Shown here: positions 38,470-47,279 of the stretch, piece by piece
Numbering within the stretch: the stretch's first letter is position 1
Layout: each line of letters starts with the position of its first letter
NCBI GenBank assembly: GCA_038874215.1
Contig: JAVZCV010000005.1
Location: forward strand, 1-51,590
Direction: 5' to 3'
From: Candidatus Micrarchaeia archaeon
GTDB taxonomy: Archaea > Micrarchaeota > Micrarchaeia > Burarchaeales > JAVZCV01
DNA: 51,590 bases
Translations under genes and position numbers: made by a program
Notes under the pieces: model-generated
Database searches by the model: none
The model's input: only the letters and a program-made list of their open reading frames with translations
What the model was told of the DNA's origin: nothing

Positions 38470-40080
38470 TCACGTGGTTTTTTCTTCTATCCACGGTTTG
38501 TCTGCCTTTACTATCTCTAATAACTCGTCGGGGTGCCTGTAGAATTTGGCTATTACCTGCCCTACCTCATTAACCTCCCTTATGTTATTCTTTACCATCC
38601 ATTTCAATATGCTTGCTTTTTCTTCCATATCTTCCTTTATCTCCTTTAATGTCATTCCTGCATACAAAGTCAGCGTATCAACTAAAACACTCATCGTGTT
38701 CATCTCTTTAAGCTGGTCTGTTTTTATGTCCCACCTATATAGTATGTTTATGTTTCCGCCTTTCATAACTTCTGCAAATTCAAGAGTCCTTCTCAGACCC
38801 ATCCTTCTATGTCTAAACTGAACAACTATGCCGCCAAGTGCCTCAAGCATCGTCTTTGGAACGTTTATTGGCGGATTGGTAAGCCTTGATATGGTCTCCT
38901 TTGCGTTATCAGCATGCAATGTTGCATATACTGCATGTCCTGTGTGCATTGCTTCAAATAGTATCTCTGCCTCGCGTTGCCTTCGTATCTCTCCTACAAG
39001 TATCCTATCGGGTCTTTGTCTAAGGGCGTTCACTAGAAGATCAAGCATTGTTATTTCACCTTTGCCTTCTGCGTTGGGCTCCCTCGTAGTCATCGGCACC
39101 CATTGAAAGAACTTCGGCAATGTTAGTTCGCGTGTGTCCTCAATTGAGATTATGCGGTGGTTTGGAGGTATAAAGCAACATATCGCGTTCAAGAACGAGG
39201 TTTTTCCGCTGCCTGTCCCACCAGAAATTATAAGAGAAAGTTCGTTCTGTATCGCAAGCCATATTAGTGCAGCAACATCCGCATTTATGGTTTTGTTTAT
39301 TAGCAAATTTGTGATAGTCCACGGGTTCCTTGAGAAACGCCTTATAGTTAACGTGTTCCCACAGGTTGATATGGGGAATAGCGTTGCATTTACTCTATCA
39401 CCCGTTACCAGATGCGCATCCATCAGAGGGTTAAGCACGTTTATCTGTCTCCCTACTCTTCTCCCTATCATTGCAGCATAGTCGTATATAACCTCTTCAC
39501 TTTTTATTCGTATATTTGTTTTGCACCACCCAAACTTCTTGTGATAAACCCATATCGGCTCTGATGAGCCGTTTATGACTATCTCCTCAAGATTATCGTC
39601 ATGCATAGGCGACTCAAGCTCTCCCAAGCCCAAACTATGATGAATGAGATACGACATTAGCACCTTTTTCGTGTCCTCGGAAAGAGTCGGGAAATGTTTA
39701 CTGAGCAGCATCATCGCTTTCTCCTCAAATTTCTTGCGCACTACTTTCGCTAACTTCTGGTCAAGCATCTCCGTAATATCCAGCTTAACCTCTGTTATGA
39801 GTTCACCCTTTAGCGTATTCAGAACAATTTTTGTACCCTCCCCAAGCCCAGGTATAAGAATATCATAATGGGGTACAAAATCCCCGCGTTCAACTATCTT
39901 AACATTAACAGGTATGCCGTCCGCATCAAATATATAAGAGTCTAAAAGTTTCTCCCCTTTTTCAAGCTTCACTTTAACCGCTTTGGCCGCTTGTGGTGCA
40001 ATGCCTTGCCCTAAACCCGTTGGCTGAATCTTATCCGCTATATTATCCTCTTCCTCCACCTTCTCCTCCACATCGGTCAC
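38470..40080 (-). CDS. Type IV pilus/type II secretion ATPase (VirB11/PilB/ArlI family)
   Basis: Walker A GGTGSGKT, Asp box SIEDTREL, LRQRPDRILVGEIR, His box HTGH..YATLHA. Confidence 0.95.
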   Translation of the reverse strand: MTDVEEKVEEEDNIADKIQPTGLGQGIAPQAAKAVKVKLEKGEKLLDSYIFDADGIPVNVKIVERGDFVPHYDILIPGLGEGTKIVLNTLKGELITEVKLDITEMLDQKLAKVVRKKFEEKAMMLLSKHFPTLSEDTKKVLMSYLIHHSLGLGELESPMHDDNLEEIVINGSSEPIWVYHKKFGWCKTNIRIKSEEVIYDYAAMIGRRVGRQINVLNPLMDAHLVTGDRVNATLFPISTCGNTLTIRRFSRNPWTITNLLINKTINADVAALIWLAIQNELSLIISGGTGSGKTSFLNAICCFIPPNHRIISIEDTRELTLPKFFQWVPMTTREPNAEGKGEITMLDLLVNALRQRPDRILVGEIRRQREAEILFEAMHTGHAVYATLHADNAKETISRLTNPPINVPKTMLEALGGIVVQFRHRRMGLRRTLEFAEVMKGGNINILYRWDIKTDQLKEMNTMSVLVDTLTLYAGMTLKEIKEDMEEKASILKWMVKNNIREVNEVGQVIAKFYRHPDELLEIVKADKPWIEEKTT

Positions 40081-40127
40081 CCATAAAATTTCGACAACCC
40101 TCTTTATATCCTTTTCTACTCAACCAA

Positions 40128-41612
40128 TCAAGAACTACTTTTTTCCTCACCTGTCTCGACCCAATTTTTAATGAACTCTTTAAGTTTCTCCCTTTTTCTT
40201 TCAAGTTCAATTTCATCCTCTTTTATCTGTTCTATTCTCTGGGTTATTTCTTCGCCTTTTCTCTTTCCTTCCTCACCCTTGCCGATTATCTCAAGCAATT
40301 CAACCTCCTTTGAAAGAAGCGCCACCTGCCTCGTTATCCTTTTGCGCTCTTCTTGCATCTCCTGTATCATTCTTTCTATCTCATCTCTTTTCTTTACTAT
40401 ATCCTCAAAACGTGCCATCGTTTCTCCTACTATCCTGAGCTCATCTTCTATTCCCTTTTTGCTTGCTTCAATGTCGTCTTTTATTGCCTTTTCTATATTA
40501 CTCGCCTCTGCCAGCTCCTCACTATATCTTGATTTTAGATTTGCAAGGTCCGCCTCATACCGCTGAAGCGGTATTAGGAAACCGCTCTCCTTTAGCTCCA
40601 TAAGGGATTTGTACTCTATCTCCTGCTCATCTATGACTTTTACCAGTGTCTTTACACGTTCAAGCGCGAGTTTATTCTCATCGTTTATTTCAGATGCCAT
40701 CTTCTCAAGTTTTTTCATATCCTCCTCCAATACTCCTATCTTCTCTCTTATTACCCCCATATCCGAATAGACCTTTTGTTGTTCTTTTATGGATTCCATT
40801 ATCTTTTTGGAGCGTTCTATCAATTCTTGCAGAGAATTTTCAACCTCAACTCTCATCTTGTTTATCCTTTCAATGCTCTGCTCTGCTGCTTTGCTGTCTG
40901 CTATTGTTTTCCTTATCTCCTCCTCCCATGCTTTATACTCCTTCATTTTTCCTTCTATCTCTATCTCTTTCTCAACAAGCTTTGCTTCTATTTTTTCCAC
41001 ATCCCCTTTTATCTCCTCAAGTTTTGCAATTTCTGGCTTAACAGCTTCTGCTTGTGCGTCAAGTTGCTTGAGCCTATCATAAATCTCAGAAAGCCTTTTT
41101 TCATCAAGTGCTATCATGTCCCCTACAGTATTCAACTCATTCTTCATTTTATCAAGCACCGAAAGACGCTTTGCATACATCTCCTCTCTCTCTTTTTCAA
41201 GCATCTTCAGTGCGTCAACTCTTCTCCTTATACTCTCCATTTTAGGGTCAAACAACCTAGCAATCTTCTCAAACTCTCGTTGTATCTCATCAAGTTCCTT
41301 CCCCTTAGAGCTCATTCTCTCAAGTATGGACTCCAGATCTCTGGTAAGCACCTCCCGTTTGTCTCTCAACTCCTCTATGATCTTTCCCATTTCTTCCTCT
41401 GTCTTACCAATCCAGACAAGGTAGATTTTTGTTAGCTGGTATTCTATCCTTATCAGCCCTTCCTCTTCAAGAACACGTGCCCAATCCTCAAGCGCCATCG
41501 GGGAGGTTCCAAGTTCCTCAGCTGCTTCGCTAAGTTCTACTTTCCCCTTGCTTCGTATGAGTTTTATCAGACTGTCAACACCTGTGCTTATAAGTAATTC
41601 ATCCAGAGGCAC
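40128..41612 (-). CDS. N-terminal winged-helix plus long coiled-coil protein
   Basis: LSEAAEELG...EDWARVLEEEGLIRIEY wHTH, then about 420 aa of heptad-like E/K-rich helix; GTG start after GGGTG. Confidence 0.75.
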   Translation of the reverse strand: MPLDELLISTGVDSLIKLIRSKGKVELSEAAEELGTSPMALEDWARVLEEEGLIRIEYQLTKIYLVWIGKTEEEMGKIIEELRDKREVLTRDLESILERMSSKGKELDEIQREFEKIARLFDPKMESIRRRVDALKMLEKEREEMYAKRLSVLDKMKNELNTVGDMIALDEKRLSEIYDRLKQLDAQAEAVKPEIAKLEEIKGDVEKIEAKLVEKEIEIEGKMKEYKAWEEEIRKTIADSKAAEQSIERINKMRVEVENSLQELIERSKKIMESIKEQQKVYSDMGVIREKIGVLEEDMKKLEKMASEINDENKLALERVKTLVKVIDEQEIEYKSLMELKESGFLIPLQRYEADLANLKSRYSEELAEASNIEKAIKDDIEASKKGIEDELRIVGETMARFEDIVKKRDEIERMIQEMQEERKRITRQVALLSKEVELLEIIGKGEEGKRKGEEITQRIEQIKEDEIELERKREKLKEFIKNWVETGEEKSSS

Positions 41613-41736
41613 TTCTGTACACCCGCTTAAAATATTTTATAGAAACACTATATAAATATACCTAAATGTTGCATTTGCATATTTATTAAATAACAAAATA
41701 TTATAGTGGGATAACTTCAAAACATTATGTGATATC

Positions 41737-43131
41737 ATGGACCTACCTCTTGATGCAATTGCAATAAAAAAAGAAAAAGGGCCTCTTGACAAATTCAAGA
41801 ATCAAAGCACCATAATAAACATATACGGGAATACAGGGCTTCGGATATATCTTTGGATTGATAACCAGACAACCATAGGGGAACTTATGGAAAGAGCACA
41901 GCTACCAAAGGAAAAGTTTTTGGAAATCATGTGGTTCATGATTGACAGTGGTATCGTAACCCTATCCTATAAAACGTCTGCAGTGGAAAGCAAGCTCCCC
42001 GAGGCCACTCGCCCTCCGATAGCTTCATACCCTCCCACGCAGGAAAAACAACGAACAACGGAACCTCCGAAACCTGCTGAAAAAATAGAACCGCCGCACC
42101 CGGCACAACTTCCCGAAGTTGAACGCACACCTCGTCTTCCTCCACAACCGCATGTTTCACAGGAAACACCACCCTCCATTACCGAATCTGTGCCAGCACC
42201 GCCTGAAAAACAAGTTTCCAAACCAGCTCACAAAGAAAAAGGTACAGTGATACCCCCTGCCCCAATGCCAAAGCCTATTGCCGGTTTAGAGCGATTTCCT
42301 GCCGGAGAAAGCGAGGTTGCACCAAAAACAACACCGTCCAACGTAGAAAACGGAACACCCCAACATGTATCAAAAGAACTTTACGAAGCCCCTAAATTTG
42401 AGAATCCCCTTGAAGAAAAGATATACCAGAAATTTGGGCCAATAGGAGTGAAGGTTTACAACGCAATAGATGGGGAGAAAACAGCCCAAGAAATACTCAA
42501 AGAAACAAAAATAACAGAGGAGTATCTTGTAGAGATACTGGAGTTCTTAAACGATGAAGGCATAATACGCCTTGAAGTAGAGGAGGAGACTCCTCAGGAG
42601 AAGCCCAAGGAGATTACAGCGTTGGGGGGAGAAGCAGAACCTATAAAGCCCATACATAAGCCAATAAAGAGGCCAATGAGTGTCCTAAATGAAGCTATGG
42701 TAAAAGCCGACCTTATGCTAAAATTCAAAGGTAGTGCGAAAGTATACTCTGCGATTGACGGCAAGCGTAATATACTCCACATATCAAGAGAAACAGGAGT
42801 ACCGATTACAGAAATAGACAACATAATGAAATACCTTGTTGAAAAAGGTGCAATAACACTTGAACCCTTAACACCGCACGAAATCCAGTACCTATACGGG
42901 CATGAAGGTCTAAAAATATACTCCACGTATGGTAGAGACGGCATAGTCCTGTATGAACTTATTGACAGTAAGGCCAGCATAAAGGACATAGTCATGCAAA
43001 CGGGCATAGAACCAGAAAAAGCAATAGATATATTCCTCTTTATACATCGCCTTCTCGGCATAGAGATGCCCATAACACGAGAGATGCTCATGCGGCAATT
43101 CAAAGAAGCAATCCTCACCTCAGAGCAATAA
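41737..43131 (+). CDS. Protein with four winged-helix-like repeats and a Pro-rich linker
   Basis: Repeated G.[KR][IV]Y..ID...[TNS]...I.......E....I...L...G.I.L units; disordered Pro-rich segment at about residues 85-220. Confidence 0.75.
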   Translation: MDLPLDAIAIKKEKGPLDKFKNQSTIINIYGNTGLRIYLWIDNQTTIGELMERAQLPKEKFLEIMWFMIDSGIVTLSYKTSAVESKLPEATRPPIASYPPTQEKQRTTEPPKPAEKIEPPHPAQLPEVERTPRLPPQPHVSQETPPSITESVPAPPEKQVSKPAHKEKGTVIPPAPMPKPIAGLERFPAGESEVAPKTTPSNVENGTPQHVSKELYEAPKFENPLEEKIYQKFGPIGVKVYNAIDGEKTAQEILKETKITEEYLVEILEFLNDEGIIRLEVEEETPQEKPKEITALGGEAEPIKPIHKPIKRPMSVLNEAMVKADLMLKFKGSAKVYSAIDGKRNILHISRETGVPITEIDNIMKYLVEKGAITLEPLTPHEIQYLYGHEGLKIYSTYGRDGIVLYELIDSKASIKDIVMQTGIEPEKAIDIFLFIHRLLGIEMPITREMLMRQFKEAILTSEQ

Positions 43132-43169
43132 TTTTATTACACTATATCCAATTATTACAAGGTGATTTA

Positions 43170-43505
43170 ATGGGACAGTTTGAATTGGAAGTAACCGATG
43201 CGGATTTCAAAACGAAGGTTATAGAGCAGTCAAAGCGTGTTCCTGTTGTGGTTGATTTCTGGGCTAGTTGGTGCATGCCTTGTATGATGCTTGCACCCAT
43301 ATTGGAAAAACTGGCAAACGAATACAACGGCAAATTCATACTTGCAAAAGTGAATGTTGATGAGAACCCAGAAACAAGCGCTCGGTATGGCATAATGAGC
43401 ATCCCATCTGTAAAACTTTTCAAGAACGGTGAAATTGTTAGTGAGTTTTTAGGCGCTATGCCTGAGAGGTACGTTCGCGATTGGATTGAAAAGAACCTGG
43501 AATAA
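43170..43505 (+). CDS. trxA: Thioredoxin
   Basis: VVVDFWASWCMPC and YGIMSIPSV. Confidence 0.95.
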   Translation: MGQFELEVTDADFKTKVIEQSKRVPVVVDFWASWCMPCMMLAPILEKLANEYNGKFILAKVNVDENPETSARYGIMSIPSVKLFKNGEIVSEFLGAMPERYVRDWIEKNLE

Positions 43506-43516
43506 ACGGTGGTTGC

Positions 43517-44404
43517 ACGCACGATTATGATGTTTTGATTATTGGAGGAGGACCCGCGGGGCTCAGCGCAGCAATTTATTCAGCTCGGGCAAACTACAAG
43601 ACGTTAGTTCTGGATACTGGTAAATCCAGACTGTATTATGCAGATAAAATACAAAACTACTTTGGGATACCAGACATTAGCGGAAATGAACTGATGCGAA
43701 TAGGAAGAGAGCAAGCAAGAATGTTTGGTACGGAAATAAAAAACGAGGAGGCGCTCGTTGTTAGAAAAACAGGAGGCATATTCGTTGTTGAAACTAACAA
43801 GGATACATATTCTTGCAAAGGCCTTATACTTGCGACTGGTTTGCCTCTTAAAAAACCCTCAATCCCAAGCCTAGAAAGTTTTATCGGCAAAGGGGTTTCC
43901 TACTGTGTTCTTTGCGACGGATTTTTCTTCAAAGCTAAGCGTGTAGGGGTTATAGGGGCGCGAAACCATGCTGCAAAGGAAGCGCTTGAACTACTAAGCC
44001 ATACGACAGATATTGTATTGCTTACAAACGGTGAAAGGCCTAATATTGATAACACGCTCTTAGATAAGCTTAAAGAGGCTGGTGTAAAAATTGACGAGAG
44101 AAAAATAAACAGGATTTTTGGCGATAGTATCGTCCGTGGCGTTGTTTTTGATGATGGAGGCGAAATGCCTCTTAATGGGATTTTCGTCGCATTAGGCGAT
44201 GCGGGCGCAACAGAAATGGCAAACATGCTTGGCTTAGAACTTCGGGGGGCGTACATAGCAGTTGACACCAAGCAGAAAACAAACCTTGACTGCGTTTATG
44301 CCGCTGGCGACTGCACAGGAAGCACCTCACAGGTTGCAATCGCCGTTGGCCAAGGAGCAAATGCGGCGATCTCGCTGATATCCGAGTTAAAGAATTCAAA
44401 ATAA
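43517..44404 (+). CDS. trxB: Thioredoxin reductase-family FAD oxidoreductase
   Basis: DYDVLIIGGGPAG, GVSYCVLCDG and VYAAGDCTG; homology extends upstream of TTG 43535 to an ACG at 43517. Confidence 0.85.
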   Translation, partial: THDYDVLIIGGGPAGLSAAIYSARANYKTLVLDTGKSRLYYADKIQNYFGIPDISGNELMRIGREQARMFGTEIKNEEALVVRKTGGIFVVETNKDTYSCKGLILATGLPLKKPSIPSLESFIGKGVSYCVLCDGFFFKAKRVGVIGARNHAAKEALELLSHTTDIVLLTNGERPNIDNTLLDKLKEAGVKIDERKINRIFGDSIVRGVVFDDGGEMPLNGIFVALGDAGATEMANMLGLELRGAYIAVDTKQKTNLDCVYAAGDCTGSTSQVAIAVGQGANAAISLISELKNSK

Positions 44405-44417
44405 GGCGCGTTAAAAA

Positions 44418-44936
44418 TCAGAGATACCCCAAATATCTCTCAACACTTGCCAGCGTCTTAAACCCCAAAGTCTTTTTAAGTGCGTGCAGGTCCCGTGTTT
44501 TTCTTATAAAATCAATAGCGAAAGCATGCCTGAGGTCCGCGGGACTTATCTCCCTTCCTACGCCGCTCCTATTTGCGTGCTTTTTTACTATCTTCTGTAT
44601 TTGCCTATGTGTCAGCGGCCCTTCTCTGCCAGAAAAAACGAAAGTCTCCTCACCCAAAAAATCCTCATCCTTCCTGCGCTCCTCTATAAATTTTGCTATA
44701 ATGGGCAGCATCGCCTTTGATATGGGCACCCTTCTAACGAACTTACCGTTATTCACTTCTATTACTTCTTGTGAAAGGTCTATGTCTTCTACGCGTAGAT
44801 TCGCAACTTCGCTTGTTTTCAGGCCGCATTTGCACATGAGAGCCAGCAAAAGCGCATCCCGTGTGGAATGGGACTTTGCAGAATCAAGCAGCTTCTTCAC
44901 TTCTTTTTTGCCAAGCAAACCCATACCCATCCCCAT
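44418..44936 (-). CDS. Xer/integrase-family tyrosine recombinase catalytic domain, degenerate
   Basis: RDALLLAL...GLKTSEVANL..EDID, RRVPI, SPADLRHAFA and LGF.....VERY; no N-terminal core-binding domain. Confidence 0.8.
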   Translation of the reverse strand: MGMGMGLLGKKEVKKLLDSAKSHSTRDALLLALMCKCGLKTSEVANLRVEDIDLSQEVIEVNNGKFVRRVPISKAMLPIIAKFIEERRKDEDFLGEETFVFSGREGPLTHRQIQKIVKKHANRSGVGREISPADLRHAFAIDFIRKTRDLHALKKTLGFKTLASVERYLGYL

Positions 44937-44974
44937 TCAAATAAAACCATAATATAGAAAATAAGGGAAAAAGT

Positions 44975-45097
44975 TTATATTACGGTTATTTCTACCTCCA
45001 GAAATTTTGAGGAGGCGAGAATTTCAAGAGCCTTCGCTATCTTCCTTTCAAGCATTTTGAGTTCTTCCTCATCTTCTCTAGTGAATGTTATTTCCAC
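44975..45097 (-). CDS. Putative 40-aa microprotein (MEITFTREDEEELKMLERKIAKALEILASSKFLEVEITVI)
   Basis: Below the ORF-track cutoff; GTG start preceded by AGGAGGGGTG and a TTTAAATA box; amphipathic helix. Confidence 0.5.
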   Translation of the reverse strand: MEITFTREDEEELKMLERKIAKALEILASSKFLEVEITVI

Positions 45098-45143
45098 TTC
45101 CCCCACCCCTCCTAATAAATTTATACCAAAACTCATATTTAAA

Positions 45144-45171
45144 TATTCGCATATTAAAAATTATGCGAACT
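45144..45171. repeat. 28-bp imperfect inverted repeat with 11-6-11 dif-like layout (TATTCGCATAT TAAAAA TTATGCGAACT)
   Basis: TTCGCATA/TATGCGAA perfect inverted core; flanked by TATA-like boxes on both strands. Confidence 0.6.
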
Positions 45172-45253
45172 TATAAAATACAACATTCTTCAAAAATGTT
45201 CTGAGAATAACATCAGCTTTATATCTTTGCGTTATGCAATTCTCTGCGATTTT

Positions 45254-46351
45254 ATGTTCCCTGGCGAAGAAAAGAAAAAAACGAATGCGGTTCTCGTTTT
45301 AAGCGACGGCACAGTTTATTACGGAATGGGCGTCGGCGCAGAAAAAACAGTTTCAGGAGAGCTCGTTTTTACAACTGGCATGGTGGGATATCAGGAAGCG
45401 CTGACAGACCCCTCATACAAGGGCCAAATCTTAACTTTCACGTACCCTCTTATAGGAAACTATGGAGTAAATTACGAGGACTTTGAATCTGAAAGAATAC
45501 ATGCGCTCGGCGTGGTTATGCGCGAAGCATGTCCTGCACCCTTCCATAGCAAACTTACAAAAACGATTCACGAGTTTCTGGTTGATTTTGACGTACCAGG
45601 CATATCCGAGGTAGACACGCGTGCCATAGTAAGAAAAATACGAAATTTTGGCGTGATGCCTGCATCGCTTTCCGTATATACGGGCGAGGCGGACATAGGA
45701 GAGTTAATAGAGCGCGCAAAAGCCGTGGACTATTCCTCATTTGATTTTGTTAAAGAAGTTGCATCAAAGAAAGTTGAGGAATATTTCGCAAAAAATGAAA
45801 AGAAACGGGTTGCGCTCATTGACTGCGGTTTGAAAATGAGCATAATAAGAGAACTTGTGGCAAGAGGAATAAGTGTTACAAGCGTCCCGCCCACGATGTC
45901 TGCAAGAGAGATTTTAGGAAGAAAACCCGACGGTCTTGTTGTTTCAAACGGGCCAGGAGATCCAGCAAGGCTCGGATACATTTTTAGGACTATAAGAGCG
46001 CTTGTACCAAAGATGCCCTATATGGGGATTTGCATGGGCCACCAACTCCTCGCACATGCAATAGGCGGGAAAACATACAAACTAAAGTTCGGGCACCGGA
46101 GCCTGAACCAGCCAGTAAAGGATATGAGAACGGGTAAAGTTTACATAACAGCCCAGAACCACGGTTTTGCTGTTGATGAGAAATCACTGCCCAAGGGCTG
46201 GGGAGTTTCGCATATAAACTGCAACGATAAGACGGTTGAGGGCTTATGCCATGAGGAGCTCCCTGCATTCTCCATTCAATTCCACCCAGAGGCAAACCCT
46301 GGCCCGCTCGACACGAGGTACCTGTTTGATGAATATATAAAAATGCTGTGA
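45254..46351 (+). CDS. carA: Carbamoyl-phosphate synthase small subunit
   Basis: GELVFTTGMVGYQEALTDPSY, SNGPGDP, GICMGHQ and QFHPEA. Confidence 0.97.
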   Translation: MFPGEEKKKTNAVLVLSDGTVYYGMGVGAEKTVSGELVFTTGMVGYQEALTDPSYKGQILTFTYPLIGNYGVNYEDFESERIHALGVVMREACPAPFHSKLTKTIHEFLVDFDVPGISEVDTRAIVRKIRNFGVMPASLSVYTGEADIGELIERAKAVDYSSFDFVKEVASKKVEEYFAKNEKKRVALIDCGLKMSIIRELVARGISVTSVPPTMSAREILGRKPDGLVVSNGPGDPARLGYIFRTIRALVPKMPYMGICMGHQLLAHAIGGKTYKLKFGHRSLNQPVKDMRTGKVYITAQNHGFAVDEKSLPKGWGVSHINCNDKTVEGLCHEELPAFSIQFHPEANPGPLDTRYLFDEYIKML

Positions 46352-46361
46352 GGTGTTGTGA

Positions 46362-47261
46362 ATGAACCTTCTCGGAATGGGGGACCTTTCCAAAAAGCAG
46401 ATTTTTGAGATACTGGACATTGCAGAAAGAATGAAAAAAGAAGAAGATTTTGGGAAGCCGCTTTCGGGCAAAACTCTGGCAATGCTTTTTGAAAAGCCTT
46501 CAACGAGAACGCGCGTCTCGTTTGAAGTTGCCATGGCACAACTTGGCGGTCATGCAATCTACCTTGACTTTGTAGGTACTCAGATAAGCCGCGGTGAGAC
46601 GATGGCGGACACTGCACGGGTGCTCAGCAGATATGTTGATGCAATAACAGCGAGGCTTTACAAGCACGCCGATTTGGAGGAGATAGCACAAAACTCAACC
46701 ATACCTGTCATCAACGCTCTCACAGAGTTGGAGCATCCATGCCAAATTATCGGAGACCTCCTAACAATAAGAGAGAAAAAAGGGGAGTTTGAAGGGAAGA
46801 AAATCGTTTTCGTTGGAGATGTGGCATGCAACGTTGCCAACTCTCTGATGATAGGTGCCGCTACAGTAGGCATGGACGTCACTCTCGTGGGACCGATTGG
46901 GGCATTCCCGCCGAATAAAAAAATAGTCCAGCTGGCAAAGAGGAGGGGAAAAGTTGAGATTACAGACCAGCTTGAAGGCGTTAAAGATGCAGACATAGTT
47001 TATACTGATGTATGGGTCAGCATGGGTTTTGAAGCAGAAAGGGCGGAGAGGCTCAAAGCGTTCGTTCCATACCAGGTTAACAAGAGCCTCATGAAGAGGG
47101 CGAAGAAAAACGCAATAGTTATGCACTGCTTGCCTGCCCACCGCGGCTTGGAGATAACATCTGATGTGCTTGACAGCAAGCAGTCTGTTGTTATAGATCA
47201 AGCCGAGAACAGGCTCCATACAGAAAAGGCGCTTCTGCTCTACCTTCTGTGTAAAAAGTAG
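46362..47261 (+). CDS. argF: Ornithine carbamoyltransferase
   Basis: FEKPSTRTR, HPCQ, DVWVSMG and HCLPAH (OTC-specific). Confidence 0.96.
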   Translation: MNLLGMGDLSKKQIFEILDIAERMKKEEDFGKPLSGKTLAMLFEKPSTRTRVSFEVAMAQLGGHAIYLDFVGTQISRGETMADTARVLSRYVDAITARLYKHADLEEIAQNSTIPVINALTELEHPCQIIGDLLTIREKKGEFEGKKIVFVGDVACNVANSLMIGAATVGMDVTLVGPIGAFPPNKKIVQLAKRRGKVEITDQLEGVKDADIVYTDVWVSMGFEAERAERLKAFVPYQVNKSLMKRAKKNAIVMHCLPAHRGLEITSDVLDSKQSVVIDQAENRLHTEKALLLYLLCKK

Positions 47262-47279
47262 GTTTTTCAAGGTGATTCC

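Noticed and set aside
40128-41612. SMC/Rad50 ATPase
   Set aside because: There is a long coiled coil but no Walker A/B, signature motif, hinge or zinc hook.
35509-41612. Archaellum (arl/fla) operon
   Set aside because: No archaellin, ArlH, ArlF/G or chemotaxis genes are present, and the platform is split into two genes as in pilus systems.
43484-43520. Programmed -1 frameshift fusing trxA to trxB
   Set aside because: The -1 frame is open only from 43490 and there is no X XXY YYZ slippery heptamer; an SD-led ACG start is simpler.
44418-44936. Active integrase marking a provirus or genomic island
   Set aside because: Catalytic residues are degenerate, the flanks are housekeeping genes, and no tRNA-derived att duplication or viral gene was seen.
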